A DNA stretch of 64,000 nt from a virus, in IMG/VR virus record IMGVR_UViG_3300025933_000001, positions 23,722-87,721 of that record; one strand, 5' to 3'. Positions 1-8,789 of this stretch are shown in pieces. The first letter of the stretch is position 1. Each line of letters starts with the position of its first letter. The translations under genes and the position numbers were made by a program. Under the pieces are notes generated by a model that ran no database searches, was not told the origin of the DNA, and was given only the letters and a program-made list of their open reading frames with translations.

Positions 1-70
1 TGGTTGATAAGAGTGATTGGAATACTCTTATTGGTATATGCAAGATTGATTTTAGGAAAGGAATAGCTAA

Positions 71-268
71 ATGACAACATTCATTATTCTATACTTAATT
101 TGGTGGCTTGGAGGTTTTGTAGCCTCAGTGTACGTCAGTACTAAGGAATCAAGCTTCACATACATGGAGCTTTTTATAGGCTTGATGGCATGCATGATTG
201 TAGGTTGGTTTCCTGTTTTTGCAATGACATTAGGTGATAAGATTGCTATTGAACGGAGGAATAAATGA
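71..268 (+). CDS. hypothetical membrane protein
   Basis: Two hydrophobic segments; RBS-like AGGA upstream; ATGA overlap with the next gene. Confidence 0.7.
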   Translation: MTTFIILYLIWWLGGFVASVYVSTKESSFTYMELFIGLMACMIVGWFPVFAMTLGDKIAIERRNK

Positions 269-495
269 GAATATCTGTTATCGAAGGTGATAGTGGTTTT
301 AATTGTTGGCAAGATTTCTCCAAAGCAGTTGTCACACTTGATGGAGAACCTGTATATAATGTGTTAACAGCCGACGAGATGCTTGGCTTTGTCCTTGTAC
401 AAGATAGAAACGAATGGGGATTTCTACAATTTGACGAAGACGGAGAAATTCTTACAAAGAAGCTACGAGGACGTGTAGTTATTACATTCTGTTAA
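265..495 (+). CDS. hypothetical phage protein
   Basis: GGAGGA RBS; translationally coupled to the upstream gene. Confidence 0.7.
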   Translation: MRISVIEGDSGFNCWQDFSKAVVTLDGEPVYNVLTADEMLGFVLVQDRNEWGFLQFDEDGEILTKKLRGRVVITFC

Positions 496-534
496 ATATT
501 ACATTCTCCTAATTCCCTTAAGAAAGGATGTTAC

Positions 535-849
535 ATGGAATCCTGCTCAGAGAGTGACACATCGCTGGCTAATGTTCTTGCTTTCATACAACTAATGCAA
601 CAGAGGGACAAATACACATCTTCTATAAAGAATATATCAGGGATTGTAGCCTCTATCGAAGTGGATGGGAAAGATTGTCACCTATCACTTGATGATTTAG
701 TTGATGTTGCATCCAAAGCAGCATATCTTGGAAGAGTTATGAAACAAACAACTATTGACATTGATCTTTTGACGGAGAACAATCGTCTAAGAGAAAGACT
801 AATGAAGCTTAGGAACGCTTTCATAGAGGAATTGTCCAACGATCTTTAA
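535..849 (+). CDS. hypothetical protein with C-terminal coiled coil
   Basis: ORF with AAGGA RBS, in operon context. Confidence 0.65.
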   Translation: MESCSESDTSLANVLAFIQLMQQRDKYTSSIKNISGIVASIEVDGKDCHLSLDDLVDVASKAAYLGRVMKQTTIDIDLLTENNRLRERLMKLRNAFIEELSNDL

Positions 850-867
850 CCACCTGAAGAGGCAGTC

Positions 868-1110
868 ATGGATACACCTGAAGACTTTGGCACACAACAC
901 AAACAACATCCTATAGCGGATAGTGTTGGAGTGATAACAATCTACGGAATCCCTATGGGATTTACAATAATCCCAGTAGACTGCCCTCCTGAAGTAGAAA
1001 GAGTGATAGAACAAGCTATCAAAGAAGGAAAGACACCAAAGCAAATATGGAGGCTTGCTATCAAACATGCTCCAAGCCTTGGTACTGTAATTTATAAACC
1101 TAAGACTTAA
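868..1110 (+). CDS. hypothetical protein
   Basis: GAGG RBS; operon context. Confidence 0.6.
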   Translation: MDTPEDFGTQHKQHPIADSVGVITIYGIPMGFTIIPVDCPPEVERVIEQAIKEGKTPKQIWRLAIKHAPSLGTVIYKPKT

Positions 1111-1126
1111 AATACAAACAATAAAT

Positions 1127-1441
1127 ATGAGTAAACGTAACAACAGACAGACAAAGGAATTGAATATGACCTCTACCACAGACGCAAGTAATATCAATGT
1201 CGATGAAAATAAGCAATCCCTCCCTCCTGTAACACAATGGGCTGAAGACATGGGTTTTAGCAAAGGAATAAGAGCAGCTTACTCTGTGTATGTGCATGAG
1301 CAGCCAGATACCCCTGTGTTTACAAGTAGCCATAAGTACAAAGCTTCCGTGAAAGATAGTACAGGGAAGGTTTTATGTGATTGTTATACTGTACAGGATG
1401 CTGTAATCATTGCAGAGGCTTTGGAGAAGGCTAAAGCTTAA
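1127..1441 (+). CDS. hypothetical protein
   Basis: ORF followed by a terminator hairpin. Confidence 0.6.
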   Translation: MSKRNNRQTKELNMTSTTDASNINVDENKQSLPPVTQWAEDMGFSKGIRAAYSVYVHEQPDTPVFTSSHKYKASVKDSTGKVLCDCYTVQDAVIIAEALEKAKA

Positions 1442-1462
1442 TAATCAGGAAAGAACTTAAAT

Positions 1463-1490
1463 AGCGCACTATCTTGGTGCGCTTTATTTT
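1463..1490 (+). terminator. intrinsic terminator
   Basis: AGCGCAC...GTGCGCT stem followed by a T-rich tract. Confidence 0.65.
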
Positions 1491-1558
1491 ACCTATATTC
1501 TCTGTAAGGAATATGTTACGAATATTCCTTGTAAGGTATATTTTACAATTAACTTAAG

Positions 1559-1586
1559 AAGGGCACTTTTGGTGCCCTTTTATTTT
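1559..1586 (+). terminator. terminator-like hairpin
   Basis: AAGGGCAC-TTTTG-GTGCCCTT followed by a T tract. Confidence 0.6.
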
Positions 1587-2808
1587 GTCTAATAATAACG
1601 TAGGAAGGATGGAAAGAATGCAGGTTGGAGAGAAATATAAAACAAAACATTGGGGTGAGGTGGAAGTGTTGGAAATCTTACCAAAGAGAATGGTAAAGAT
1701 CGTCTTTCTGAATACAGGGCACATAAAGTCTACAAGAAAAGATGCTCTTGAAATGGGGTACGCAACCGACTCAGAAGCAGAAGAGGGAGGGATGCTTCCT
1801 GAAGTTGAGTATAAGAAAGTCTCGTCCGAGGATGCTTACATACCTTCAGGAACTGTCTTTGAAAGTAAAAATTGGGGAAAATTTGAGGTAGTGGAATACC
1901 TTGGCAGCAAAAATATAAAGATAAGATTTTTAGCTACAGGCTGTGAACAAGTAACACAAAGATACACTATCGAAAACGGACTGGTCAAAGACTACATAGC
2001 AGAAGCCAAGATTAAAGAGGAAAAGAGATTACTGGAGGAAGAACAGAAACGGCAGAAAGAAAAGTTGAGGGAAGAAGCTAAACTAGAGAGATTGAGGAAA
2101 GATAAAGAGATACAAGAAAAACGTAGGAAAGAAAAAGAGTTAAAACAAGCTGAACTACACAGACGTAGGCTGGAAAAAGCAGAGGCTAGGAATGCAGAGT
2201 TTGTAGGGTTCACAAACACTGATACTTACGGATTAGAATATACGGTGGTAGGAAGGAAAGGTATTAACAAAGTATGGGCTGTACAATACAAAGAGTCCGG
2301 CAACACTTATGAATGTAAGGAAGGTCTGATACTGAAAGGCCATGTTTTGGATAAAAATCATCCGAAATTTAAAGAATTAGAGAAAGAATATATAAGGCGT
2401 AAGAGCATAGAGTGGTACGAGAAAAATAGAGAATCGGCTATAGATGCTGCTAAAACTTATCAAAAGAACAATTTAGATAGGGCTAGGATTAAGAATCAGA
2501 AGAGAAGGGCTAAGAGAAAGAAAATTGGTGGAAGTCATACTTTAGAGGAAATTGAACAGATGTTGGAGGATCAAAACTGCCAATGTAATTGTTGTGGAGA
2601 AATATTAACTAAAAGCAATAAACATCTAGATCATATTATGCCTGTAGCGTTAGGTGGCAGTAATTCAATAGAGAATCTTCAATGGCTTTGTCAATTTTGT
2701 AACATTAGCAAGTCAGACAAACATCCAGACGAATGGGCTATCTACTCAGCTACTGAAGAATTTAAGCTGAGAAGACAGGCAAGACTTCAAAATTCAATTT
2801 TAAACTAA
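1585..2808 (+). CDS. HNH homing endonuclease with repeated N-terminal domains (start probably 1609 or 1618)
   Basis: C-terminal CNCC...HLDHIMPVALGGSNSIENLQWLCQFCNISK HNH/Zn motif; repeated K(H/N)WGxxEVxE units. Confidence 0.85.
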   Translation: MSNNNVGRMERMQVGEKYKTKHWGEVEVLEILPKRMVKIVFLNTGHIKSTRKDALEMGYATDSEAEEGGMLPEVEYKKVSSEDAYIPSGTVFESKNWGKFEVVEYLGSKNIKIRFLATGCEQVTQRYTIENGLVKDYIAEAKIKEEKRLLEEEQKRQKEKLREEAKLERLRKDKEIQEKRRKEKELKQAELHRRRLEKAEARNAEFVGFTNTDTYGLEYTVVGRKGINKVWAVQYKESGNTYECKEGLILKGHVLDKNHPKFKELEKEYIRRKSIEWYEKNRESAIDAAKTYQKNNLDRARIKNQKRRAKRKKIGGSHTLEEIEQMLEDQNCQCNCCGEILTKSNKHLDHIMPVALGGSNSIENLQWLCQFCNISKSDKHPDEWAIYSATEEFKLRRQARLQNSILN

Positions 2809-3091
2809 AAATAAAATTTCAAAACACGATTTTCAGGCAGAAACTATAAATTAAGTTCTTGTAATATCCATAGGAGTATGCTTGGAAATTAGTCATTCAG
2901 CGGTTGTGTTGCGAAGCCAGGGACATATCTATCCGATACCGGCCCTAGGTTCTATCAAAAATATCCACAAGCCATTTTCTCTTCAAGTTAGTACCTTCCT
3001 ACCCTCTTTAGCATCGACGCCTCTACGGGCCTCCTATCGCTTCCTATGGCTATGTGTAAAACCTAGAACGATCGTAAATACCTCTTGATTT

Positions 3092-3102
3092 TGTGGTATA
3101 GT
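3092..3102 (+). promoter_or_regulatory. extended -10 promoter for the recombinase
   Basis: TGTGGTATAGT (TGn-TATAGT) about 30 nt upstream of the GAGG RBS and ATG at 3134. Confidence 0.5.
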
Positions 3103-3133
3103 GAACTTTCCACTACTGTATGAAGAGGTTGAT

Positions 3134-3838
3134 ATGAAACAAGCTATAGGGTATGTCCGTGTGAGTACTAAGGAACAAGGCGATAGTAAGCTTGGGCTAG
3201 AGGCACAGAGGAAAGCAATAGAGGAGTTTGCGACAACACATGGTTATGAACTACTCACCACACATGAGGAAGTTGCCAGCGGAGGAAGTGGACTAGATGA
3301 ACGTAAGGTTTTGCGTCAGGCACTATCACAAGCAAAGAAACTGAAGTGTTTTATTCTCATCTCTAAGTTGGATCGGTTATCTCGCGAGGTTAGCCTAGTC
3401 AGTAGTCTGATGACTCAGCGAGTGCCCTTTGTATGCTGTGACCTAGGTGACAGTGTTGATCCATTTGTGTTGCACATCTATGCCGCATTTGCTGAGTCAG
3501 AGCGAAAGCGTAACAGTGACCGTACTAAGGCAGCATTAAAGGCCATTAGGCACAACATAGAGGCCAATGGATACCACATCAGCAAAGCAGGCAATAAGAT
3601 CGATAAGCTAGGCAACCACAACAATTTGCACTTAGGTAGTGCTAAGGGTAGAGCTGCTGTAAAGGCTTACGCTGATGAGTTTGCACACAAACATAAGCCC
3701 TCTATAGAGCGTATGCGTAGTCAAGGAATGACATTACAGGCTATTGCTAGAGAGCTTAATGATCAAGGTGTACCAACACAACGTAACGGTACATGGACTG
3801 CTACGAGTGTTAGTAACCTCATTAAGAGGTGGAAGTAA
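3134..3838 (+). CDS. serine recombinase (resolvase catalytic domain plus C-terminal recombinase DNA-binding domain)
   Basis: GYVRVSTxEQ catalytic Ser motif, KLDRLSR motif, C-terminal TLQAIARELNDQGVPTQRNGTWTATSV. Confidence 0.92.
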   Translation: MKQAIGYVRVSTKEQGDSKLGLEAQRKAIEEFATTHGYELLTTHEEVASGGSGLDERKVLRQALSQAKKLKCFILISKLDRLSREVSLVSSLMTQRVPFVCCDLGDSVDPFVLHIYAAFAESERKRNSDRTKAALKAIRHNIEANGYHISKAGNKIDKLGNHNNLHLGSAKGRAAVKAYADEFAHKHKPSIERMRSQGMTLQAIARELNDQGVPTQRNGTWTATSVSNLIKRWK

Positions 3839-4118
3839 TAACACTACTAATAGTAAGTAACTATTGTACCTACCGTAGTTAATAGTCTTTAGCTACACAA
3901 CTAAGCCCACACACTAAGCTAAGTACTCTAGTTTGTTACTTAGCTTTCTTTCAGCTTGTAAGTAAAAGTCTTTCCATTCTGTTAAGTAATTATTATTTTG
4001 TCATTGTTTGTAGGAAACTAAGGTTTCGTACTCAAATAATAGAACAGTCGTACTATTTTTAAGAAGACTATAGCAGGTTCGCCAAAGTAGCGAAACAAAC
4101 ACACAGCATTACAAATAA

Positions 4119-4168
4119 TGTTAATAACCCTGTGGATAACTTTTAAGTTATTAACAATGTTATCCACA
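4119..4168. promoter_or_regulatory. cluster of four DnaA boxes
   Basis: TGTTAATAA (4119), TGTGGATAA (4131), TTATTAACA (4148), TTATCCACA (4160): two perfect and two 1-mismatch matches to TTATNCACA. Confidence 0.75.
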
Positions 4169-4388
4169 AGCCATAATTGTACTAATAATGGTAATTATGA
4201 TACTACTTAGTAATTATAATCCTCTGTAATTCCCTATAATTCGTACACAAACACATATTCTGTAAAGAAAGATTCTATAGCTTTGCACACACAACAAGGA
4301 TGCTTCTGTAAGTGGGGTATTTTGTACACAACACAAGATATTATTGCGATAGCGTAATAATACATTTACCCCACAACATAGAGATTAT

Positions 4389-4609
4389 GCCGTGAAAACG
4401 GCCATATGCTAGTGCGTCAGCACACAACAACCCTCTATGCGCTGGAAAGCGCCCTATAGCCTGTATTATTTGGTAGGAGGGGGAGATTACGTAAGTAATC
4501 CATTCTCCCCCTATAACATAGCTCTATGGTCGTTATCACGACATGTTCATAAGGCGCTTGCCAGCGCATAATATAGCTACGTAAGATTGCTTTCTACCTA
4601 CGTAAGTAG
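4389..4609. repeat. hairpin and inverted-repeat cluster
   Basis: 18-bp inverted repeat 4436-4453 / 4553-4570 (1 mismatch); stem-loops at 4389, 4439, 4485, 4529 and 4598, mostly with GNRA loops. Confidence 0.75.
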
Positions 4610-4615
4610 TATAAT
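4587..4615 (+). promoter_or_regulatory. sigma70 promoter
   Basis: TTGCTT-17-TATAAT. Confidence 0.65.
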
Positions 4616-4671
4616 AACACTGTTAGGGCTTAGAAGCCCTTTTTGTGTTTCTCTTACAATTTATTAACATT

Positions 4672-5217
4672 ATGTCTAAATTCGTACGCACTACTATAAC
4701 CAACCCTGATGGTAGTATTTCTCCAGCTAGAATTAACACAGAAACTGGGGAGATAAAACCCTATAAACACTGGAAACAGAAAGAGAATGAAGAATTCAGA
4801 AAACAGCTAAAACTTAAGCGAAAAGACGGAATAAATGATGCTACAAAACCTTTATTCTGGGAAATTATTCCTCCTCCGGCGATAGCTGGAGGGAATGAGA
4901 AGAAAGAGAATAAGGCTATTAGGAAGAGTAAAGAAAACGTAAATAACATCTATCTTCAAGAGTTCCTTACACTCTCTGAAGCTATCGAAGATGTACCTAT
5001 TTTAGACAACTTGATTACAGGAGTAAGTAAATTGGATTCAGGAAATAAAAACCCGATCAATAAAGGTTTGTTGTTTAGTATGCTAAGAGATTTAGACGTT
5101 ATCAATGTTACTACAGTGCAACAATACACTGGTTATTCTGAGAGATATTGCCGTAAGCTTGTTCAATACTTGTTTGTGCTTTCTACGGCATTTGATAACG
5201 AGATTGAGAAGAATTGA
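4672..5217 (+). CDS. putative DNA-binding protein with C-terminal HTH-like motif
   Basis: Basic protein; INVTTVQQYTGYSERYCRKL resembles an HTH; has its own promoter (ORF track start 4645). Confidence 0.55.
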   Translation: MSKFVRTTITNPDGSISPARINTETGEIKPYKHWKQKENEEFRKQLKLKRKDGINDATKPLFWEIIPPPAIAGGNEKKENKAIRKSKENVNNIYLQEFLTLSEAIEDVPILDNLITGVSKLDSGNKNPINKGLLFSMLRDLDVINVTTVQQYTGYSERYCRKLVQYLFVLSTAFDNEIEKN

Positions 5218-5308
5218 CGTATTTTATTATAATACTGTGGCCGTAGCATTTTACCCTGATTAATTATTAAGCAAATCCTTGATAGAATGCGGGTTACAGG
5301 CTATCGTC

Positions 5309-5317
5309 TGTGGATAA
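5309..5317 (-). promoter_or_regulatory. perfect DnaA box
   Basis: TGTGGATAA, the reverse complement of TTATCCACA. Confidence 0.55.
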
Positions 5318-5359
5318 CTTACTCATTGGAAACGTAGTAAATAATTGCACAAAAGAAAT

Positions 5360-5394
5360 AAGCCTAGACAGACAGTCTGTGTCTGTCTAGGCTT
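5360..5394. terminator. bidirectional terminator between convergent units
   Basis: Perfect 15-bp stem AAGCCTAGACAGACA / TGTCTGTCTAGGCTT. Confidence 0.8.
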
Positions 5395-5400
5395 TAGTTC

Positions 5401-5553
5401 TCAATAATCTTTGAACTCACTTGTGTCAAAGATTGCAGCAGTGTAACCGTTAGACCATGCTTTGTGCTCACTTGTGCCTTCGGCGTATGGGTTATTGAGG
5501 ACAGATTCCTTATTGTAGAAAGCATTGAATCCTTGTTGGTAAGCTTCAGTCAT
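5401..5553 (-). CDS. Rmf/CrpP-fold small protein (50 aa, not in the ORF track)
   Basis: MTEAYQQGFNAFYNKESVLNNPYAEGTSEHKAWSNGYTAA matches the A-x3-G..A..(C/N)PY..W..G(W/Y) pattern; AAGGA RBS; own promoter. Confidence 0.65.
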   Translation of the reverse strand: MTEAYQQGFNAFYNKESVLNNPYAEGTSEHKAWSNGYTAAIFDTSEFKDY

Positions 5554-5592
5554 GATCTATTCCTTTCCATGAGTGGTTAGTTGATGGAATGA

Positions 5593-5621
5593 ATTATAGA
5601 GAGATTATCTTACTGTGTAAA
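5593..5621 (-). promoter_or_regulatory. early sigma70 promoter, conserved-spacer family
   Basis: TTTACA-CAGTAAGATAATCTCTC-TATAAT. Confidence 0.8.
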
Positions 5622-5624
5622 GCA

Positions 5625-5831
5625 TTATATGTAGAACGTTGATCTTTGCTTTATCATCTCATCTAGAGGCATTACTTTCACTCCTTTGTAATCTCTGTCA
5701 GGCTTCAATACTTCAGGGCTTGCGATCTTCTTTGCTTCTTTCTCTGTGTCTGCTTCTACAATACAGGCGACAACGTGTAAAACGTTGACATATTTGGTTT
5801 GTGGCTGTCTGTACACTAAGAATAGGCTCAT
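5625..5831 (-). CDS. hypothetical early protein
   Basis: Contains VEADTEKEAKKIA; coupled to the upstream gene. Confidence 0.65.
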   Translation of the reverse strand: MSLFLVYRQPQTKYVNVLHVVACIVEADTEKEAKKIASPEVLKPDRDYKGVKVMPLDEMIKQRSTFYI

Positions 5832-6067
5832 TTTATCCCTTTCAACACTCGTTTCAAGTATAACTCCAACATCCCCAATTCAAACTCTACTTTCTGCCTT
5901 CCATTCTTTTTAGCTTTCTGCATAGCATTCTGAATGTCTAGCATTGTCTTGTTAGCTCGATACTGAAGCTGATAATTATTTATCAATGATTGTTCGTTGA
6001 CGTTTACACTGCCAAACATTAAATCTCTGGACAGTTTTTCATAATTACTCATTCTATCCCTCCACAA
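5828..6067 (-). CDS. hypothetical early protein
   Basis: ORF in the leftward operon. Confidence 0.6.
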   Translation of the reverse strand: MWRDRMSNYEKLSRDLMFGSVNVNEQSLINNYQLQYRANKTMLDIQNAMQKAKKNGRQKVEFELGMLELYLKRVLKGIK

Positions 6068-6251
6068 CTCTAAACTGTGTTTGTTCTTCGCCTTCCATCA
6101 TCTCCCATCTGTTTTGAGACTCTATCCACTTAGTAGCATCCTCCTCAGATGAATACTCAGCTAGACAATCAAAATCATGATGTGCTGCAAACCAATTCCC
6201 TGTTTGTGTATTGTAAAACTGTACACTGTACCACTTAGCGTTATCTCTCAT
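6054..6251 (-). CDS. hypothetical early protein
   Basis: ORF in the leftward operon with RBS. Confidence 0.65.
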   Translation of the reverse strand: MRDNAKWYSVQFYNTQTGNWFAAHHDFDCLAEYSSEEDATKWIESQNRWEMMEGEEQTQFRVVEG

Positions 6252-6458
6252 TTATAGCCCCTACAATCGATTATTCTGTGTTGGACATAGGCAGATATGC
6301 CATTGCGTGTTTTGACAGCTTCTAGCCTTGTTTTAACGAAGATAAAACCACTTCTACTAATGCTCCTACTGCTAAAGATAAGCTACTGACTGCCATTACT
6401 GTGAGAAGAATTTCATGGATTGACATTTCATTACTCCTTTGCGTTGTTGATGTATTGA

Positions 6459-6486
6459 ATGATAGTAGGTAATCTTACTCTGTCAA
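6459..6486 (-). promoter_or_regulatory. early sigma70 promoter
   Basis: TTGACA-GAGTAAGATTACCTAC-TATCAT. Confidence 0.65.
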
Positions 6487-6596
6487 TAGAGTTTGTGACT
6501 ACAAATACCTGTTTTAACGAAGATAGACAACTATTCCAGCTACAGAAAGAGAAACATTAAACACTACAATAAGCACGGACAGAATAATTTGTGTTG

Positions 6597-6797
6597 TCAT
6601 TTGTTCTCTTTCTTGTGTTTGTGGAGTGCTCTAGCAACTTCCTTAAGCTTGTTAATTCCATCATCCATGATATAGAGCCAGTTTATACAAGCATCCACGT
6701 TGTCAAATTCCCTTAGTGTTTTATTCAACTCATCCGACAGCATGAATTTCTTAGTTCCTTGCCAAGCATGCCAATTGTTGAAAATAAATGGTTTCAT
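6597..6797 (-). CDS. hypothetical early protein
   Basis: ORF in the leftward operon. Confidence 0.6.
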   Translation of the reverse strand: MKPFIFNNWHAWQGTKKFMLSDELNKTLREFDNVDACINWLYIMDDGINKLKEVARALHKHKKENK

Positions 6798-6936
6798 CTC
6801 TTACCCCACTTCTTTGTTTTGCCTGTTTGCGTATCTGTAATCTCTGCACTTGCCATGCCTGACGATATCAGCCCCACCACAATCAAAACTACAGCAATGG
6901 CGAGAGCACCAATGAATTTTAAAATTAAGTCACCCA

Positions 6937-7408
6937 TCATTCACCAAAATAGAATTGTTGACAAAATGTAATGATAGCCTCTTGTTCTTCCCTGCTAATA
7001 CGTAACTCTTGCCAAGGGGTGCCCCATGACCTGTATTCCAGCCATGTGACAGACGGCTCCTTAAACACATCTAATTCGCCTCTGATCCGTACTTCTGGGC
7101 CTCCTCCGGCAAGCAAGATCATAAACTCCAAGGCTGTTAGTTCTTTGCCAATGTCTTGCCAAGCTGATCTCACTTGTACATCATATGCACTCTCTCTGAT
7201 CTTTTCTTGTACATCATCACGAGATAGGAAATAGTTGTCTGTAATCTTTTGTAATTCTTCCAACTCTTCTTGTTCATCTTCGTCCAATTCCTCCTCATTC
7301 TCTTGCAATTCCTTCAATCTGTCATAATCCACATTCAAAGCTTTAACAAGAGATAGGATTGATTCTAGTTCTGTTTTAGCTACTTCTAGTCCGTCATTTT
7401 GTCCCATG
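6937..7408 (-). CDS. acidic conserved early phage protein
   Basis: Acidic tract plus ILLAGGGPEVRIRGELD...WLEYRSWGTPW; GGGGG RBS before MGQND (ORF track start 7464). Confidence 0.7.
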
Positions 7409-7432
7409 ATTGCCCCCCTATTGTTTAGATAA

Positions 7433-7621
7433 TTAAAGCTTATGACGAATTCTCTGTGACTCACTTACCAAATCAAGCCATTGATCCTCATCTAGATCGT
7501 TTGTGTCTGTTACACACTCAAGCCTAAGCAACTCAAGCATAATTGCTCCGTCTGTATCATCTGCTGAATTTCCCATTAATTCTGCAATCTGACTTGATTT
7601 GGTTTCATCTGTAATTTTCAT
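7433..7621 (-). CDS. small acidic early protein
   Basis: GAGG RBS; acidic composition. Confidence 0.6.
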   Translation of the reverse strand: MKITDETKSSQIAELMGNSADDTDGAIMLELLRLECVTDTNDLDEDQWLDLVSESQRIRHKL

Positions 7622-7623
7622 TG

Positions 7624-7769
7624 TTATACCTCTTGATACGCAACACGCTCTATCATTTCGTTTGTGTGGTCACAGTACAGTTCTTCATTATCCCAATTAA
7701 CAGCGGCACCACAGACACACCATCCTTCAGTGCTTTTTCAAAATCTTCAACGGTTTTGATGAAATCCAT
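7624..7769 (-). pseudogene. internally deleted, frameshifted small phage gene
   Basis: N-terminus MDFIKTVEDFEKALKDG in one frame and C-terminus GWCVCGAAVNWDNEELYCDHTNEMIERVAY in another, joined at GGATGG. Confidence 0.55.
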
Positions 7770-8254
7770 TTTGTTTCCCTCTGCTGTTTGCTGATTCGAT
7801 GAGTTCATTATATCACTGTGACATAATCTTACAAGCTATTTCGTAATTATTTCTTTCATCTTCCCTATGTCAATTTCATTTTGAATACCTTTCAACTCAG
7901 AAACAATCCTGTTTGCATATCTTTCGGCTTTTTCAGTAATCATTTCTATTTCCTTTCAGCAATAATAGTTGTCAACATCTGAGGCCATGAAATAAGCTTG
8001 TGCGATAATATTACTCCATGTTGGGAAGAAAAGGCAACCAAAATCATCGGTATATGTGTAGCGTGAGCGCATCATTCTATTTCCTCAATAATTTAAATAC
8101 TCTCTAACCGCTTGTAACTCTGCTTTCACATCCTCCATTTGCTCGAATGCTTTACCATCCTTGCAATATACAGATGCCACCGTAATAGTATCATCTGAAT
8201 GTCCTACCACTTCAACATTATGCTGTTGGAGGATTTTGATTAGGGTTTGGATAG

Positions 8255-8425
8255 TCATGATTTTTGCAATTCAGATATGTACGCATCCGTTAATTCTATA
8301 GATTCTTTATTATCAAAACCTCCAGCTTTGTAATACTTGAAAATAAGTTCACGAAGGGATGGTTCTGGCCCAAACTTCTTATAATCGGGAAGTTGAGGTT
8401 TTGTGTCGAAGATATCTTTACTCAT
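8255..8425 (-). CDS. hypothetical early protein
   Basis: AAGGA RBS before MSKD, downstream of a promoter. Confidence 0.6.
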   Translation of the reverse strand: MSKDIFDTKPQLPDYKKFGPEPSLRELIFKYYKAGGFDNKESIELTDAYISELQKS

Positions 8426-8456
8426 GCTTTCTTCCTTTCGTCGATTTGTTGAATTC

Positions 8457-8485
8457 ATTTTAGAGAGATTATCTTACTGTGTCAA
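8457..8485 (-). promoter_or_regulatory. early sigma70 promoter, conserved-spacer family
   Basis: TTGACA-CAGTAAGATAATCTCTC-TAAAAT. Confidence 0.85.
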
Positions 8486-8513
8486 GCGTTAAGAAACGCT
8501 GTGACAACAAACA

Positions 8514-8789
8514 CTAAGCAATGCGCAACTCTGGCTTAATCGCTTGAGGCAACATCCTAGACACAGCATAAGAATACAGGCCAAGCTCAACACGTTTTGC
8601 TTCATATGCTGCAATAGCAAACCTATCTCCGAGCACTATTAACATGCTGTGTAGCTGTCTAAAATGATTCATAGCGAATAGCAATTCCTCATTGCTAATT
8701 CTTCCACCATCCAGAAACGAATCGTATATTTGTTGTAAGGTTCTCATGTGTTTTCCCTTAAATAAGCTTTTGTTGAATAGGGCGAGCAT
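8514..8789 (-). CDS. hypothetical early protein (start probably at MRTL)
   Basis: ORF in the leftward operon. Confidence 0.6.
   Translation of the reverse strand: MLALFNKSLFKGKHMRTLQQIYDSFLDGGRISNEELLFAMNHFRQLHSMLIVLGDRFAIAAYEAKRVELGLYSYAVSRMLPQAIKPELRIA

Noticed and set aside
2882-3088. 68-aa ORF upstream of the recombinase, or an att site
   Set aside because: No convincing coding signal, and I could not identify a defined att core or paired recombination sites
4341-4615. Retron msr-msd or DGR element
   Set aside because: No reverse transcriptase in the window and no TR/VR repeat pair
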